From Bacilli bacterium (GTDB lineage Bacteria; Bacillota_I; Bacilli_A; RFN20; CAG-826), in the NCBI GenBank assembly GCA_045628045.1, contig JAZQOV010000006.1, positions 128,001-192,000 on the forward strand: a DNA stretch of 64,000 nucleotides, given 5' to 3'. This document shows, piece after piece, positions 31,006 to 41,625 of the stretch; the stretch's first letter is position 1, and every line of letters begins with the position of its first letter. The position numbers and the translations under genes are program-made. The notes below the pieces were generated by a model. The model searched no databases. It was not told the DNA's origin and saw nothing but the letters and a program-made list of their open reading frames with translations.

Positions 31006-32511
31006 TTACTTTAATGTTTCAAAGAAAGATTTCATAACTTCGTGAAGCTTTGCTTCAAGAGTTTCTGAAATAACTTTCTTAGTGTTGATTTCTTTTAGAA
31101 TTTCCTTATGAGATGAAGAAATGTGTGAATAAAGTTTATTTAAAACTTTGTGCATATCTTCAATCTTAATTTCTTCAAGATATCTATGTTTTGCTGCGAA
31201 AAGTTCAATAATTTGTCTATCAACTGGGTAGGTATCGTATTGAGCTTGTTTAAGAATTTCCATTAAGACTCCACCATGAGTCAAAACTTTCTTTGTATCA
31301 GCATCAAGATCACTTCCAAATTGAGAGAATGCTTGAAGTTCGCGGTAGTTCGCAAGTTCAATCTTTAAAGAACCTGCAACTTGTTTCATAGCTTTGAGTT
31401 GAGCAGCACTTCCAACACGGCTTACTGATAAGCCAGAGTCAATAGCAGGTCTTTGACCTGCGTTAAACAAATCTGTCATTAAGAAGATTTGTCCATCTGT
31501 AATAGAAATAACATTTGTTGGAATGTATGCTGAAATATCTCCAGCTTGAGTTTCGATAATTGGAAGTGCTGTAATTGAGCCACCACCATTTTCATCATTT
31601 AATTTACATGCACGTTCAAGAAGTCTTGAATGTAAATAGAAGACATCTCCTGGGTAAGCTTCACGTCCACTTGGTCTCTTTAATAAGAGAGAAAGTGTAC
31701 GATACGCAACTGCGTGTTTAGATAAATCGTCAAAGACGATTAATGTATCTTTTCCTTGTTCTAACCATTCTTCTGCCATTGCCATACCTGAATAAGGGGC
31801 AAGGTAAAGAAGAGGGGCAAGTTCGCTAGCTGTAGCAGAAACAACAGTTGTGTATTCCATAGCGCCAGCTTTAGTGAGTTTATCAACAATTGATGCTACA
31901 GTGGAATTCTTTTGTCCAATTGCAACATAAATACAGTTAACGTTTTGACCTTTTTGGTTAATGATTGTATCAACTGCTATAGCAGTTTTTCCGGTTTGTC
32001 TATCACCAATGATGAGCTCTCTTTGACCACGTCCAATAGGAATCATAGCGTCGATAGCCTTAATACCTGTTTGCAAAGGCGTATCGACCGACTTTCTATA
32101 AATAACACCTGGTGCAATTCTTTCGACTGGACGTGACTTTTTTGTTTTAATTTCGCCAAGTCCGTCAAGAGGTTGACCAAGAGCATTTACGACTCTGCCA
32201 AGGAGTGCATCACCAACAGGAACTTCGACAACTTTTTTGGTACGTTTGACAATGTCACCTTCTTTAATATCGGTGTCACTACCAAGTAAAACGCAACCAA
32301 CATTTTCTTCTTCAAGGTTCATAACCATTCCGTAAACGGAAGAGTTAAATTCAACTAGTTCGCCTAGCATTGCTTTATCAAGACCATAAACCAAAGCAAC
32401 ACCATCACCTACGGTAATAACAGTGCCAACGTCGTTAGAATCAACCTTGCTTTCGAAATCAGTAATTTGCTTTTTAATTAATGCAGAAATTTCTGAGGTT
32501 TTAATTTTCAT
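31006..32511 (-). CDS. atpA: ATP synthase F1 alpha
   Basis: [27 protein letters not shown]. Confidence 0.99.
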   Translation of the reverse strand: MKIKTSEISALIKKQITDFESKVDSNDVGTVITVGDGVALVYGLDKAMLGELVEFNSSVYGMVMNLEEENVGCVLLGSDTDIKEGDIVKRTKKVVEVPVGDALLGRVVNALGQPLDGLGEIKTKKSRPVERIAPGVIYRKSVDTPLQTGIKAIDAMIPIGRGQRELIIGDRQTGKTAIAVDTIINQKGQNVNCIYVAIGQKNSTVASIVDKLTKAGAMEYTTVVSATASELAPLLYLAPYSGMAMAEEWLEQGKDTLIVFDDLSKHAVAYRTLSLLLKRPSGREAYPGDVFYLHSRLLERACKLNDENGGGSITALPIIETQAGDISAYIPTNVISITDGQIFLMTDLFNAGQRPAIDSGLSVSRVGSAAQLKAMKQVAGSLKIELANYRELQAFSQFGSDLDADTKKVLTHGGVLMEILKQAQYDTYPVDRQIIELFAAKHRYLEEIKIEDMHKVLNKLYSHISSSHKEILKEINTKKVISETLEAKLHEVMKSFFETLK

Positions 32512-33053
32512 TAGCCGTTTCTCCTTTCTTTTAATTGTTCTTTCATTGTTTCAAGTTTGTACTTAATAGATCCATCAAAAACATGATCGTGAACAACAAC
32601 CTTAACACCACCAATAAGACGTGAATCAAGTTTGTTAGTTAATTCAACTTTTCTATGGAGTTTTTCGGAAATAACACGGGAAATCTCCAGTATTTTTGAA
32701 TTTTCTAATGGTTCAGTTGAATAAACAAAACCTTCAAAAATATCAAGTTCAAAGTTGATACCTTTTGTTATTTCTTTAACGATATCTTTGTAAATGTGAA
32801 TCTTGTGTTTAATGACTAAAAGTTTGATGAAGTTGGTGAAATTTTCTAAACCAAAAGATTTAGTTAATTCTTCAACAACTTTTTCTTTTTCATCATCTTT
32901 CAAAAAGTACGATTTGAGGAACTTAAATAATTCTGGATTTGCATCAAGAGTTTCTTTCACGCTTAAAACAGCAGACTTATAATCTTCGAGTCTACGTTCA
33001 TCTTTAGCTATGCTAACAAGTGCGCTAGCGTATCTTGAGGCAATTTCGTTCAT
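32511..33053 (-). CDS. atpH: ATP synthase F1 delta
   Basis: [15 protein letters not shown]...DGSI. Confidence 0.96.
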   Translation of the reverse strand: MNEIASRYASALVSIAKDERRLEDYKSAVLSVKETLDANPELFKFLKSYFLKDDEKEKVVEELTKSFGLENFTNFIKLLVIKHKIHIYKDIVKEITKGINFELDIFEGFVYSTEPLENSKILEISRVISEKLHRKVELTNKLDSRLIGGVKVVVHDHVFDGSIKYKLETMKEQLKERRNG

Positions 33054-33628
33054 TATTTACCCTCTTTTAAATCATCGATGAAACTATCGATAAGTTTCTC
33101 GTTATCTTTTTTAGTAACTTCTCTTTTGAGAACTTTACTAGATGCATCAATCGCGACCGAAACAATTTCGCGATGAATTTCATCTTTGCTTGCTTCAATT
33201 TCTTGAGCAATTTCGGCTTTAGCTTTTTCAACTTCAGCCTTTTTCTCTTGTTTTGCTTTTTCTAGGATTGCTTGTCTTTCGACATTTGCTTCTTCTTTAG
33301 CCTTTTCAACAATTCCTAAAGCTTCAATCTTCTTCTCTTTAATCTCGTTATTTGCGTTTTCTAAAAGTTTGGTTGCCTCTGCTTCTTTTGCTTCAGCATC
33401 CTTAATTTTTCCTTCAACATAATCCCCACGCTTTTTAAGTAAATTCTTTACAGGTTTATATGCGAAGAAAAACACAACGAGAACAAGAAGAATAAAAGCG
33501 AGGAACACTGCTAAAGCATCCCAAGGATTTGGGAATAATTTGTCTAAGAATTCATCTTTTTCAATTCCACAACTTGTAAGCACCACTGGAGCCCCAAGTA
33601 ATGGAAGAAATTTGATAACTTTTTTCAT
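33053..33628 (-). CDS. atpF: ATP synthase F0 subunit b with lipoprotein-type signal peptide
   Basis: SD GGAGG, ATG at 33628; MKK...VLTS-C20, TM ending FAYKPV, long charged helix. Confidence 0.94.
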   Translation of the reverse strand: MKKVIKFLPLLGAPVVLTSCGIEKDEFLDKLFPNPWDALAVFLAFILLVLVVFFFAYKPVKNLLKKRGDYVEGKIKDAEAKEAEATKLLENANNEIKEKKIEALGIVEKAKEEANVERQAILEKAKQEKKAEVEKAKAEIAQEIEASKDEIHREIVSVAIDASSKVLKREVTKKDNEKLIDSFIDDLKEGK

Positions 33629-33641
33629 TAACAATCCTCCA

Positions 33642-33869
33642 TTACATAACAAAGATGATTAAAATTGAGATCAAAAGTGCATAAATACCACATGTTTCAA
33701 CAAGGGCAGCACCAATGATCATGCTGGAACGTAATTTTCCATACATTTCAGGATTTCTAGCCATACCATCAATAGCCTTGGTTACAAGTAAACCTTCACC
33801 AATTGATGAACATCCGGCTGAGAAAATAGCAATAGCTGCAGCAATTGCTCTTGCGCCTAAATCTGTCAT
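33642..33869 (-). CDS. atpE: ATP synthase F0 subunit c
   Basis: Helical hairpin, loop ARNPE, E58 in ETCGIY. Confidence 0.97.
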   Translation of the reverse strand: MTDLGARAIAAAIAIFSAGCSSIGEGLLVTKAIDGMARNPEMYGKLRSSMIIGAALVETCGIYALLISILIIFVM

Positions 33870-34633
33870 TTATTTCCCTCCTTTCTTGAAGTCATCATAA
33901 CTTCACTTTCTATAGAATCTGGTCTTTCTTGAGCGACGAATAAACATGTTAAGAACACGAATACCATCGTCTGAACAAAGCCAGAGAATAGATCAAAATA
34001 TGCGTGTAACACTGGTGTTAAGATTGGAACCAATAAAATTTGGTTCGCTCCACCAGGAATAAAGCTAAATATAGAAGCAGACAATGATTCAAGTCCACCA
34101 TTTAATAAACCAAGTAAAACCCAACCAACAATCGCATTGCCAAACATACGAAGTGTCATACTTAAAAGTGGGGCCCACATTGAAAGTAAGTTGATTGGTA
34201 AGAAAACTGGGAATGGATCAATATAACGTTTGAAATAACTCCATTTCGTATAACGAACCGACGTAGCGTGAATCAAAATAAACGTCACTAACGTAAGCGT
34301 TAAAGGGACCGCTAATGAATTCATTGGAGAAGGAAGCCCTACAATTCCGATTGTGAAACTCAAGAATAAGAATGGAATCATTGCTAAAAGATAACCACCA
34401 AAGTTTTCAAAACCTGGTCCCATTACATCTTTTACAAAGGCATCAAGTTTCTCAACAGCCCATTCAACTAATTTAAGAAGTCCTCTAGGACGTTTAAGTG
34501 GATCTGCTCTTTTTGCAAGGATTCCAACGATAATGGCAAGTACAATTAAAACAGCGATAATTGCTAAAGCAATAATCACTTCACCAGATGGATTAAATGA
34601 TTTATATGTTTCTGGATTAGTGTACTTGTCCAT
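33866..34633 (-). CDS. atpB: ATP synthase F0 subunit a
   Basis: PINLLS...SMTLRMFGN, HAYFDLFSGFVQ; SD AGGAGG. Confidence 0.97.
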   Translation of the reverse strand: MDKYTNPETYKSFNPSGEVIIALAIIAVLIVLAIIVGILAKRADPLKRPRGLLKLVEWAVEKLDAFVKDVMGPGFENFGGYLLAMIPFLFLSFTIGIVGLPSPMNSLAVPLTLTLVTFILIHATSVRYTKWSYFKRYIDPFPVFLPINLLSMWAPLLSMTLRMFGNAIVGWVLLGLLNGGLESLSASIFSFIPGGANQILLVPILTPVLHAYFDLFSGFVQTMVFVFLTCLFVAQERPDSIESEVMMTSRKEGNK

Positions 34634-35033
34634 CATTTCCTCCTTTAAACTTTAGTTGAGTGATAATCGTTACAAATACTGATGGGAAGAATGCGATGAT
34701 AAATCCCCAGCATGAATAAGTAAAAACCTCGATGTGAAGTTTGTATTGAAAAATAACAAGCATTGCGAAAAGACCTACAAACAAAATCATTCTTCCGAAA
34801 TACGAAAGAAGATAAATACCAGTTTTAGAGTCTCTAAGTGTAGCAGTTGATGAGACTTGAGTTAAAAATACACTCACAAGACTAGCGAACCCTCCAAAAG
34901 CAACTCCAATCATCCAACCAGGTTGTTTGAAAAATAAACCAATTGTAGAAAGGGCTAATAAAATAACGGAAATTATTCCGGAAAGTAATAATGTTGCTTG
35001 AAGCTCTGATAACTTTGTTAAATATCTTTTCAT
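34617..35033 (-). CDS. atpI: ATP synthase accessory protein I (4 TM)
   Basis: Four hydrophobic segments with SYFGRMIL; first gene of the atp operon, overlaps the atpB start. Confidence 0.75.
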   Translation of the reverse strand: MKRYLTKLSELQATLLLSGIISVILLALSTIGLFFKQPGWMIGVAFGGFASLVSVFLTQVSSTATLRDSKTGIYLLSYFGRMILFVGLFAMLVIFQYKLHIEVFTYSCWGFIIAFFPSVFVTIITQLKFKGGNDGQVH

Positions 35034-35059
35034 AATACATATATTATGTATGTGAATAA

Positions 35060-35098
35060 AATAAAAAGTCAACGATTAATCGCTGACTTTTTAATTTT
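35060..35098. terminator. pfk terminator hairpin overlapping the -35 (TTGACT) of the atp promoter
   Basis: AAAAAGTCA...TGACTTTTT inverted repeat; minus strand TTGACT (35072-35067) and CATAAT (35048-35043). Confidence 0.65.
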
Positions 35099-35112
35099 TA
35101 TATGTGTGTGAA

Positions 35113-36312
35113 TTAAGCTTTGACCTTTTTGAGGACAGTTGATTTAATAACGCCATCTTCCATTTGAACTTTAATTTCGCCTTGGATAAGTGGGAATAAG
35201 TAGTCCTTAAATTCTTTGGTCATGTGTCCTGGATCTTTGACCCATTCTACTGGAACTTTTTGTTCAACGTTTGCAATCTTTTTAATGTTAACTGCTTTGT
35301 AACTTACTTTGTAAGGATTTGTAGAAACACGTTTAATTGCAATCATTTTTCCGGTCATTCCATTAACAGCTTTTTTAACTGCAAGAGAACCACATTTGAG
35401 TGCCTCTTTTTGGTCAACTTTTGATGTTAAGAATGAATAAGCTCTTTGTGGAAGTGAAAGTTCAATTGCTCTAATTTTGTAACCAAATTTTGATTCAACC
35501 ATTTTTGCGAGTTCTGCACCTGCACCACCGAGTTGAGCGTGTCCGAATGAGTCATATTTGACGTTGGACATATCTCTTTCAAATTCAATACCTTCACTGA
35601 CTGCAACAATGGCGTTGCCTTTAGCCTCATAAAGGTCATGAACTTTTGAAAGGAAATCTTCGATATCAAGTTTTTGTTCTGGGAGGTAAATTAAGTCTGG
35701 TCTTAAGCCTTCTGGGAGAAGATCAACTGCTGCTGTTAACCAGCCTGCATTTCTACCCATAATTTCGATGACGTAAACCTTACCTTTTTTGTAACAAACT
35801 GCATCAATAATTATTTCTTTAACTGTGTTAATAACATATTTTGCAGCACTTGGGAAACCTAATGAGTGGTCTGTTTCTGCGAGGTCATTATCAACTGTTT
35901 TTGGAACGCCCATAACCTTGATATCAAGGCCTTTTTCCTTGCAGAGTTTTGAGAGTTTCATGCAAGTGTCCATTGAGTCATTTCCACCATTGACAAAGAC
36001 ATAACCGATATCATGTTTTTTGCATGTTTTTAAGATTGTTTCGTATTCTTCATCATGGAAATCTTTTGGAAGTTTATGACGTGATGTTCCAAGAATTGAG
36101 CCTGGAGTTTGAAGAAGCAAATCAAGTTGTTCTTGGTCTTCTTTTCCAAGGTCAATAATGTTGTCGGTTAATAAACCCTCAATTCCATTGAGTGATCCGT
36201 AAATATGTCCGATTTCTGGATGTTTTCTTGCTTCCATAATAGCACCATAAAGTGATGTATTAATGACGGAAGTTGGTCCACCAGATTGGATATAAACCAT
36301 ATTTTTTGCCAT
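35113..36312 (-). CDS. Phosphofructokinase, probably PPi-dependent
   Basis: QSGGPT, GGNDS (Asp at the PPi-specificity position), PKTVDND, EIMGR, DSFGH. Confidence 0.9.
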   Translation of the reverse strand: MAKNMVYIQSGGPTSVINTSLYGAIMEARKHPEIGHIYGSLNGIEGLLTDNIIDLGKEDQEQLDLLLQTPGSILGTSRHKLPKDFHDEEYETILKTCKKHDIGYVFVNGGNDSMDTCMKLSKLCKEKGLDIKVMGVPKTVDNDLAETDHSLGFPSAAKYVINTVKEIIIDAVCYKKGKVYVIEIMGRNAGWLTAAVDLLPEGLRPDLIYLPEQKLDIEDFLSKVHDLYEAKGNAIVAVSEGIEFERDMSNVKYDSFGHAQLGGAGAELAKMVESKFGYKIRAIELSLPQRAYSFLTSKVDQKEALKCGSLAVKKAVNGMTGKMIAIKRVSTNPYKVSYKAVNIKKIANVEQKVPVEWVKDPGHMTKEFKDYLFPLIQGEIKVQMEDGVIKSTVLKKVKA

Positions 36313-36420
36313 TTTAAATATCTCCTTTAAATTAGCTTAACTTTTTAGGTTAATTTCTAAATCGTTTATAATTTTACTAAATTATATTTAGATGTAAAGA
36401 CAATTTAGCAAATTATTTAA

Positions 36421-36434
36421 TGCAAGCGATTACA
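36421..36434. promoter_or_regulatory. cre-like CcpA binding site between divergent pfk and nucleoside kinase genes
   Basis: TGCAAGCGATTACA, one mismatch to TGWNANCGNTNWCA. Confidence 0.6.
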
Positions 36435-36499
36435 TTTTTATTGAAAATTTGCGCACGCTCTTGTATGATTATTTCACTCGCATAAAAGGAGAAATTGCT

Positions 36500-38137
36500 A
36501 TGTCATTTACAATTAAATACCTCAATCAAGAGAAAGTTTTTGACAAAAAAGTCCAAGTTCTCGACCTTTTAGAAAAAGGTAATAGAGACGTCATTTGTTG
36601 TAGAGTTAACAATAAGTTAAGAGAACTCACTTACTACGTTGAAGAAGACGCAAAAGTTGAATTCCTCACAATTAAGGATGAAGACGCAGCAAAGATTTAT
36701 GAATCAACCGTTAGATTCATTGCTGTTATGGCATTTGCTCGTTTATATCCAATGCTTAAAGTGAGATTAACACGTAACGTTTCACGTTCAACATTCATTC
36801 AAATTTTGAATGAAGGTGCTGTTACAACATCAAAGATGAGAGATGAAATTGAAGCAGAAATGAAGAAAATCATTGCTGCAGATTTCCCACTCGTTCGTCA
36901 TAGCTATGAAAAGAAAGAAGCAGCTCAAATCTACTCAAAGATGGGCTTAGAAGACAAACTCGAAGCTCTTGAATACCGTCCAGAGAAGTCAGTTCATTTA
37001 TATGAATGTGATGGTTATTATAACTACCTCTTCTCCAGAATGGTTCCATCAACTGGTTATATCAAAGACTTTAAACTTAATCTTTATGTTCCAGGTTTAA
37101 TTCTTCAAACCCCAAGAAGCGAATGTAAAGGTGAAATCCCAGAATTCGTTGATGCTCCTACCTATGGTAAGACACTTAAACAAGCACACGTTTGGGCAAA
37201 ACAAGTCAATGCTGAAACAGTTGTTAAAATTAATGAACACATCCACAAAGATGGTGTCATTGATTTCATTCAACTTTGCGAAGCAAGACATAACAGAATG
37301 CTTGCTGAGCTCGGCGAAATCATCGAAAAGAACGAAGATATTAAAATCATCTGTGTTGCAGGTCCATCAAGCTCAGGCAAGACAACGTTTGCAAACAGAT
37401 TAAGAATTGAACTTATGGCTCGTGGTTTAAAACCAATCAGAATTTCAATGGACGACTACTACCTCACAAAGGCACAAGCTCCAAAAGATGAAGATGGCAA
37501 ACCAGATCTTGAATCAATCGAAGCTCTCGACATTGAATTATTCAATCAAAACATGCTTGACTTAATCAATGGCGAAGAAGTTCAACTTCCAAAATTCGAT
37601 TTCAAAGTTGGACACCGTATTCCAGGTAGAAAACTTAAAGTTGGTAAAGGCGAACCAATCATCATCGAAGGTATTCATGCCCTCAATGATCGTATGACAA
37701 GCCTCATTCCAAGAAATCAAAAATTCAAAATCTTTATTGCTCCACAAGCTCAAATTAACTTAGATAACCACTACCCAATTTCAACAGTTGACTTACGTCT
37801 ACTTCGTAGATTGGTTCGTGATTACAAGTTCAGAGGTGCTTCCGCAGAAGAAACGATTGGTATGTGGCCAAGCGTCAGACGTGGAGAATTCCGTTGGATT
37901 TATGAAACTCAAGAAGGTGCAGACTTTGTCTATAACTCAATGCTCTCATATGAACTTTGTGTTATGAAAAAGTATGCTCAACCACTTCTTGAAGCAGTTG
38001 AATCTGAATCAGTGTACTTCCCAGTCGCTGAAAGATTACTCCGCATGCTCAAATACTTTGATGACATGCCAGATGAATGGGTTCCATGTAACTCTCTTAT
38101 GAGAGAATTCATTGGTGGCTCATGCTACGCTGACTAA
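36500..38137 (+). CDS. Nucleoside (uridine) kinase family protein with ThrRS-like N-terminal domains
   Basis: P-loop AGPSSSGKTT, SMDDYY, EGIHALN, RRLVRD, REFIGGS; SD AAGGAG, ATG 36500; promoter TTGAAA-17-TATGAT (36441-36469). Confidence 0.88.
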   Translation: MSFTIKYLNQEKVFDKKVQVLDLLEKGNRDVICCRVNNKLRELTYYVEEDAKVEFLTIKDEDAAKIYESTVRFIAVMAFARLYPMLKVRLTRNVSRSTFIQILNEGAVTTSKMRDEIEAEMKKIIAADFPLVRHSYEKKEAAQIYSKMGLEDKLEALEYRPEKSVHLYECDGYYNYLFSRMVPSTGYIKDFKLNLYVPGLILQTPRSECKGEIPEFVDAPTYGKTLKQAHVWAKQVNAETVVKINEHIHKDGVIDFIQLCEARHNRMLAELGEIIEKNEDIKIICVAGPSSSGKTTFANRLRIELMARGLKPIRISMDDYYLTKAQAPKDEDGKPDLESIEALDIELFNQNMLDLINGEEVQLPKFDFKVGHRIPGRKLKVGKGEPIIIEGIHALNDRMTSLIPRNQKFKIFIAPQAQINLDNHYPISTVDLRLLRRLVRDYKFRGASAEETIGMWPSVRRGEFRWIYETQEGADFVYNSMLSYELCVMKKYAQPLLEAVESESVYFPVAERLLRMLKYFDDMPDEWVPCNSLMREFIGGSCYAD

Positions 38138-38147
38138 TTAGTAAAAT

Positions 38148-38179
38148 AAAAAGTGAACTCAATGGGGTTCACTTTTTTT
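38148..38179. terminator. Bidirectional intrinsic terminator
   Basis: AAAAAGTGAACTC-AATG-GGGTTCACTTTTT. Confidence 0.85.
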
Positions 38180-38195
38180 ATATCTTTTTTTATGA

Positions 38196-39674
38196 TTAGA
38201 GTTTGAATTGCTGTGCACTTTGTACAGCTTTTTTCCAGCCTTTTGCTAAAGCAACAGCTTCTTTTTTCTCCATCTTTGGAGAGAAAGTTTTTTGGAAATT
38301 ATGGCAAGACTTAATGTGGTCAATATCTTTAAAGAATCCAGATTCAAGACCTGCTAAATAGCAAACGCCTAAAGCTGTTGATTCAAGGCAACATGGTTTA
38401 GCAATTTCAAGTTGAAGAATATCGCTTTGGAATTGCATCAAAACATTTGAATTTGTAGCACCACCATCAACTTGTAATGATTTAATGCTAATTTGAGATT
38501 CATCCATCATGACGTCAAAGACGTCTTTAGATTGGAATGCAATTGATTCAAGAGTTGCTAAAACAATGTGATTTCTTGTGGTGCCTCTTGTCATACCAAA
38601 GATTGAACCACGAACATCATCATCCCAATAAGGAGTGCCGAGTCCAACGAATGCTGGAACAAAGTAAACTCCACCAGTATTTTCAACCTCTGATGCTAAA
38701 ACATCACAATCCGAAGCTTCTTTAATAATTTTGATTCCATCACGGAGCCATTGAATTGCGGCTCCTCCAATGAAAACTGAACCTTCTAAAGCGTAAGTTG
38801 TTTTGCCATCTAAAGTCCATGCAATTGTGGTCAAAAGTCCTTTACGAGAAAGAATTGGTTTTGAGCCTGTATTCATGAGCATAAAACAACCTGTTCCATA
38901 CGTGTTTTTGCACTCGCCAGGTTTAAAACATGTGTGCCCAAACAAACTTGCTTGTTGGTCGCCAGCAACACCTAAGATATGAATATTTTTATAAAAATAT
39001 TCAAGTTTACCAAAATCATGTTTTGAATCGTGAACTTTCGGAAGCATTTTCTTAGGAATATTAAACATTTTTAATAGCTCATCATCCCACTTTAAATCAA
39101 AGATATTAAAGAGCATTGTTCTTGATGCGTTTGTTGTATCAGTTGCGTGAGTTTTTCCGTTTGTTAATTTCCAAATAATCCAGGTGTCAATTGTGCCAAA
39201 AAGAAGATCTCCTTTTTCAGCTTTTTCTTGAGCACCTTTTACTGCATCCAAGATAAACCTAATTTTTGACGCAGAGAAATATGGATTAATTAGTAATCCG
39301 GTTTTGTTATGAATTATTGTTTCTTTCTTTGAAAGTTTTTCACAAATTGGAAGTGATTGACGAGATTGCCAAACGATTGCGTTATAAATTGGTTTTCCAC
39401 TCTTTTTATCCCAAACAACTGTCGTTTCTCTTTGGTTAGTGATTCCAACTGAATCAATCTCATCCCATTTGGCGTTTGCTTTAATTAAGACGTTATTAGT
39501 AACGTCTACAACTGAACTCCAAATCTCTAGAGCATCAGCCTCTACATAACCTTCTTTAGGGTAAATGAGTTTTATTTCTTTTGAGGCACTACAAACAATT
39601 TCACCTTTTTTGTTAAAAAGAATGGCTCTACTTGAAGTTGTGCCTTGGTCTATTGAAAGGATGTATTTTTTCAT
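38196..39674 (-). CDS. glpK: Glycerol kinase
   Basis: [35 protein letters not shown]. Confidence 0.98.
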   Translation of the reverse strand: MKKYILSIDQGTTSSRAILFNKKGEIVCSASKEIKLIYPKEGYVEADALEIWSSVVDVTNNVLIKANAKWDEIDSVGITNQRETTVVWDKKSGKPIYNAIVWQSRQSLPICEKLSKKETIIHNKTGLLINPYFSASKIRFILDAVKGAQEKAEKGDLLFGTIDTWIIWKLTNGKTHATDTTNASRTMLFNIFDLKWDDELLKMFNIPKKMLPKVHDSKHDFGKLEYFYKNIHILGVAGDQQASLFGHTCFKPGECKNTYGTGCFMLMNTGSKPILSRKGLLTTIAWTLDGKTTYALEGSVFIGGAAIQWLRDGIKIIKEASDCDVLASEVENTGGVYFVPAFVGLGTPYWDDDVRGSIFGMTRGTTRNHIVLATLESIAFQSKDVFDVMMDESQISIKSLQVDGGATNSNVLMQFQSDILQLEIAKPCCLESTALGVCYLAGLESGFFKDIDHIKSCHNFQKTFSPKMEKKEAVALAKGWKKAVQSAQQFKL

Positions 39675-40945
39675 AACCTTGTGTTAAGTAACCTTTCAAT
39701 ATCATCAATTTCTTTTATAACGCCTTCAGAAAGAACTTTTGATCCTTCTTCAGTGATTAAGATGTCATCTTCAATTCTTACACCAATGCCAAGATCTTTA
39801 AAATAAAGACCTGGTTCACATGTAACAACATTGCCTGGTACAAGTTTGGTATTTTTGCTTACTGCTCTATCTCTTCCATCATGTGTATCAAGACCTAAAT
39901 GATGAGAAACTGAGTGGTAATAAACTTTTCCTATTTCATCTTTAGATGAAATTAATCCTTTTTCGAAGCATTCTGATGCTAAGAAATTCTTTGCAAATTC
40001 ATTTGCCTCATTTAGTGTAATTCCTGGACGCATAAATTTAGCGGTTTGTTTATTACAATTTAAAACAATTTCATAAATGATTCTTTGTTTTCCGATGAAC
40101 TTACCACTAACTGGATAAGTACGTGAAATGTCAGCGCAATAAAATTCATTTGCTGCACCAACATCAAATAAAACCAAATCTCCTTCTTTTACAACACTCT
40201 TTTGTTGTGGATAATGAAGCACAACAGCATTACTTCCCGCTGCAACAATTGAGTCAAAAGCGGTCTTTGAATCTTGAACTTCGCTTATAGCGAACTCAAA
40301 TTCATTACGTAAATTATATTCGTGTTTACCGGCTCTAAGATTACTTAGAACTGTCTTCAAACCTAAATCTGTTGTTTGAATTGCTTCGCAAATCATTTCA
40401 ATTTCAGCTTCAGATTTGACTTCTCTCATTTCCATAATTATGTCATGAACATCGCTTACGACAATCTTGTGAGAGACTTCTAATTCTTTTTTATAGTTTT
40501 GAGTGGATTTGCATTCACCGATTTTAAGTTCGTTTTCAAGATCTAAATAAAATTTAGAAATTGGTTCTGAATCAGCTGAATTTGCAGAGAAAAATGCAAG
40601 CATTTTACCATCAAAATTTGATCTAACTTCAACATTTTCAATTCCGGAAATAACTTTAGCATCAGAAAGAGTCATTCTGTAGCCAGTCCATTTCTCTTTC
40701 ATTTCATCTTTTTCTTCTACAAATAAATAAGTGAGTTTTTCACCATTATTTCTTATTAATAAAAGGATAGAGTTTTCTTGAGAAATTCCAGTTAAATAGT
40801 AGAAATTCTTGTTTACAACAAACTTATAGTTTTCATCTGCAGATGCTTTTTTGCCAACACCTGAAAATAAAATGGTGACTGAGTTGTCATCTAAAGCATC
40901 AAACAATTTATTTCTTCTTAATGTGTATTCATTGCTATCAATCAT
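39671..40945 (-). CDS. Xaa-Pro aminopeptidase (M24B)
   Basis: NFYYLTG, LHY, DVGA...[29 protein letters not shown]. Confidence 0.92.
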   Translation of the reverse strand: MIDSNEYTLRRNKLFDALDDNSVTILFSGVGKKASADENYKFVVNKNFYYLTGISQENSILLLIRNNGEKLTYLFVEEKDEMKEKWTGYRMTLSDAKVISGIENVEVRSNFDGKMLAFFSANSADSEPISKFYLDLENELKIGECKSTQNYKKELEVSHKIVVSDVHDIIMEMREVKSEAEIEMICEAIQTTDLGLKTVLSNLRAGKHEYNLRNEFEFAISEVQDSKTAFDSIVAAGSNAVVLHYPQQKSVVKEGDLVLFDVGAANEFYCADISRTYPVSGKFIGKQRIIYEIVLNCNKQTAKFMRPGITLNEANEFAKNFLASECFEKGLISSKDEIGKVYYHSVSHHLGLDTHDGRDRAVSKNTKLVPGNVVTCEPGLYFKDLGIGVRIEDDILITEEGSKVLSEGVIKEIDDIERLLNTRL

Positions 40946-40949
40946 ATTT

Positions 40950-41543
40950 CTACCTTCTATAAACTTTCTTGTTTCCTAGTAACTCAATTGTGGAGTGAGG
41001 AAATGAATTCGCTAGTATTTCACCACTATTTTCATCTCCAAGTACATCTACACTAATTTTATCCTCATATTTAACATTTTCAAAGGAAAAACCATAAGTT
41101 TTTCCAATTCTTTTCAAATCATCAAACTCTTTGTAAGTTGTAACAAGCTTATAAACGAACCTATTTTGGATCTCAACAATGTCCGCAGAACTTACAACTT
41201 GAACACCAGTTTCAAGATAAGTAGACATAAGTCTAGATGCTCCAAGAAGAACACCTCCAAAATATCTCACAACAATCAAAAGAGTTTCGTCCATTTCTTT
41301 CTTTTCAAGTAACTCAAGAAGTGGTCTTCCTGCAGTTTTAGCAGGTTCACCATCATCAGAACACTTTTTCTGACCACCAATTACATAAGCATAGCAATAA
41401 TGTTTTGCTTTTGGATATTGCTTCCTAATATCTAAAAGATATTGTTTTGCAGATTCTACACTTGTAACGTGGATTAAAACACCAATAAAAGATGATTTAT
41501 CTCTAATTAAAGTAATTTCATTTCTTTCTAAAATGGTGTTCAT
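40950..41543 (-). CDS. YigZ/IMPACT family protein
   Basis: AKHYCYAY, SDDGEPAKTAG, VVRYFGGVLLG. Confidence 0.92.
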   Translation of the reverse strand: MNTILERNEITLIRDKSSFIGVLIHVTSVESAKQYLLDIRKQYPKAKHYCYAYVIGGQKKCSDDGEPAKTAGRPLLELLEKKEMDETLLIVVRYFGGVLLGASRLMSTYLETGVQVVSSADIVEIQNRFVYKLVTTYKEFDDLKRIGKTYGFSFENVKYEDKISVDVLGDENSGEILANSFPHSTIELLGNKKVYRR

Positions 41544-41625
41544 TGGAATTAATTATACAATTTTTCAAAGAAAAAAGATATAATATAAAACAATAGATTT
41601 TGTTTATTAATTTAAGGAGTTAGTT

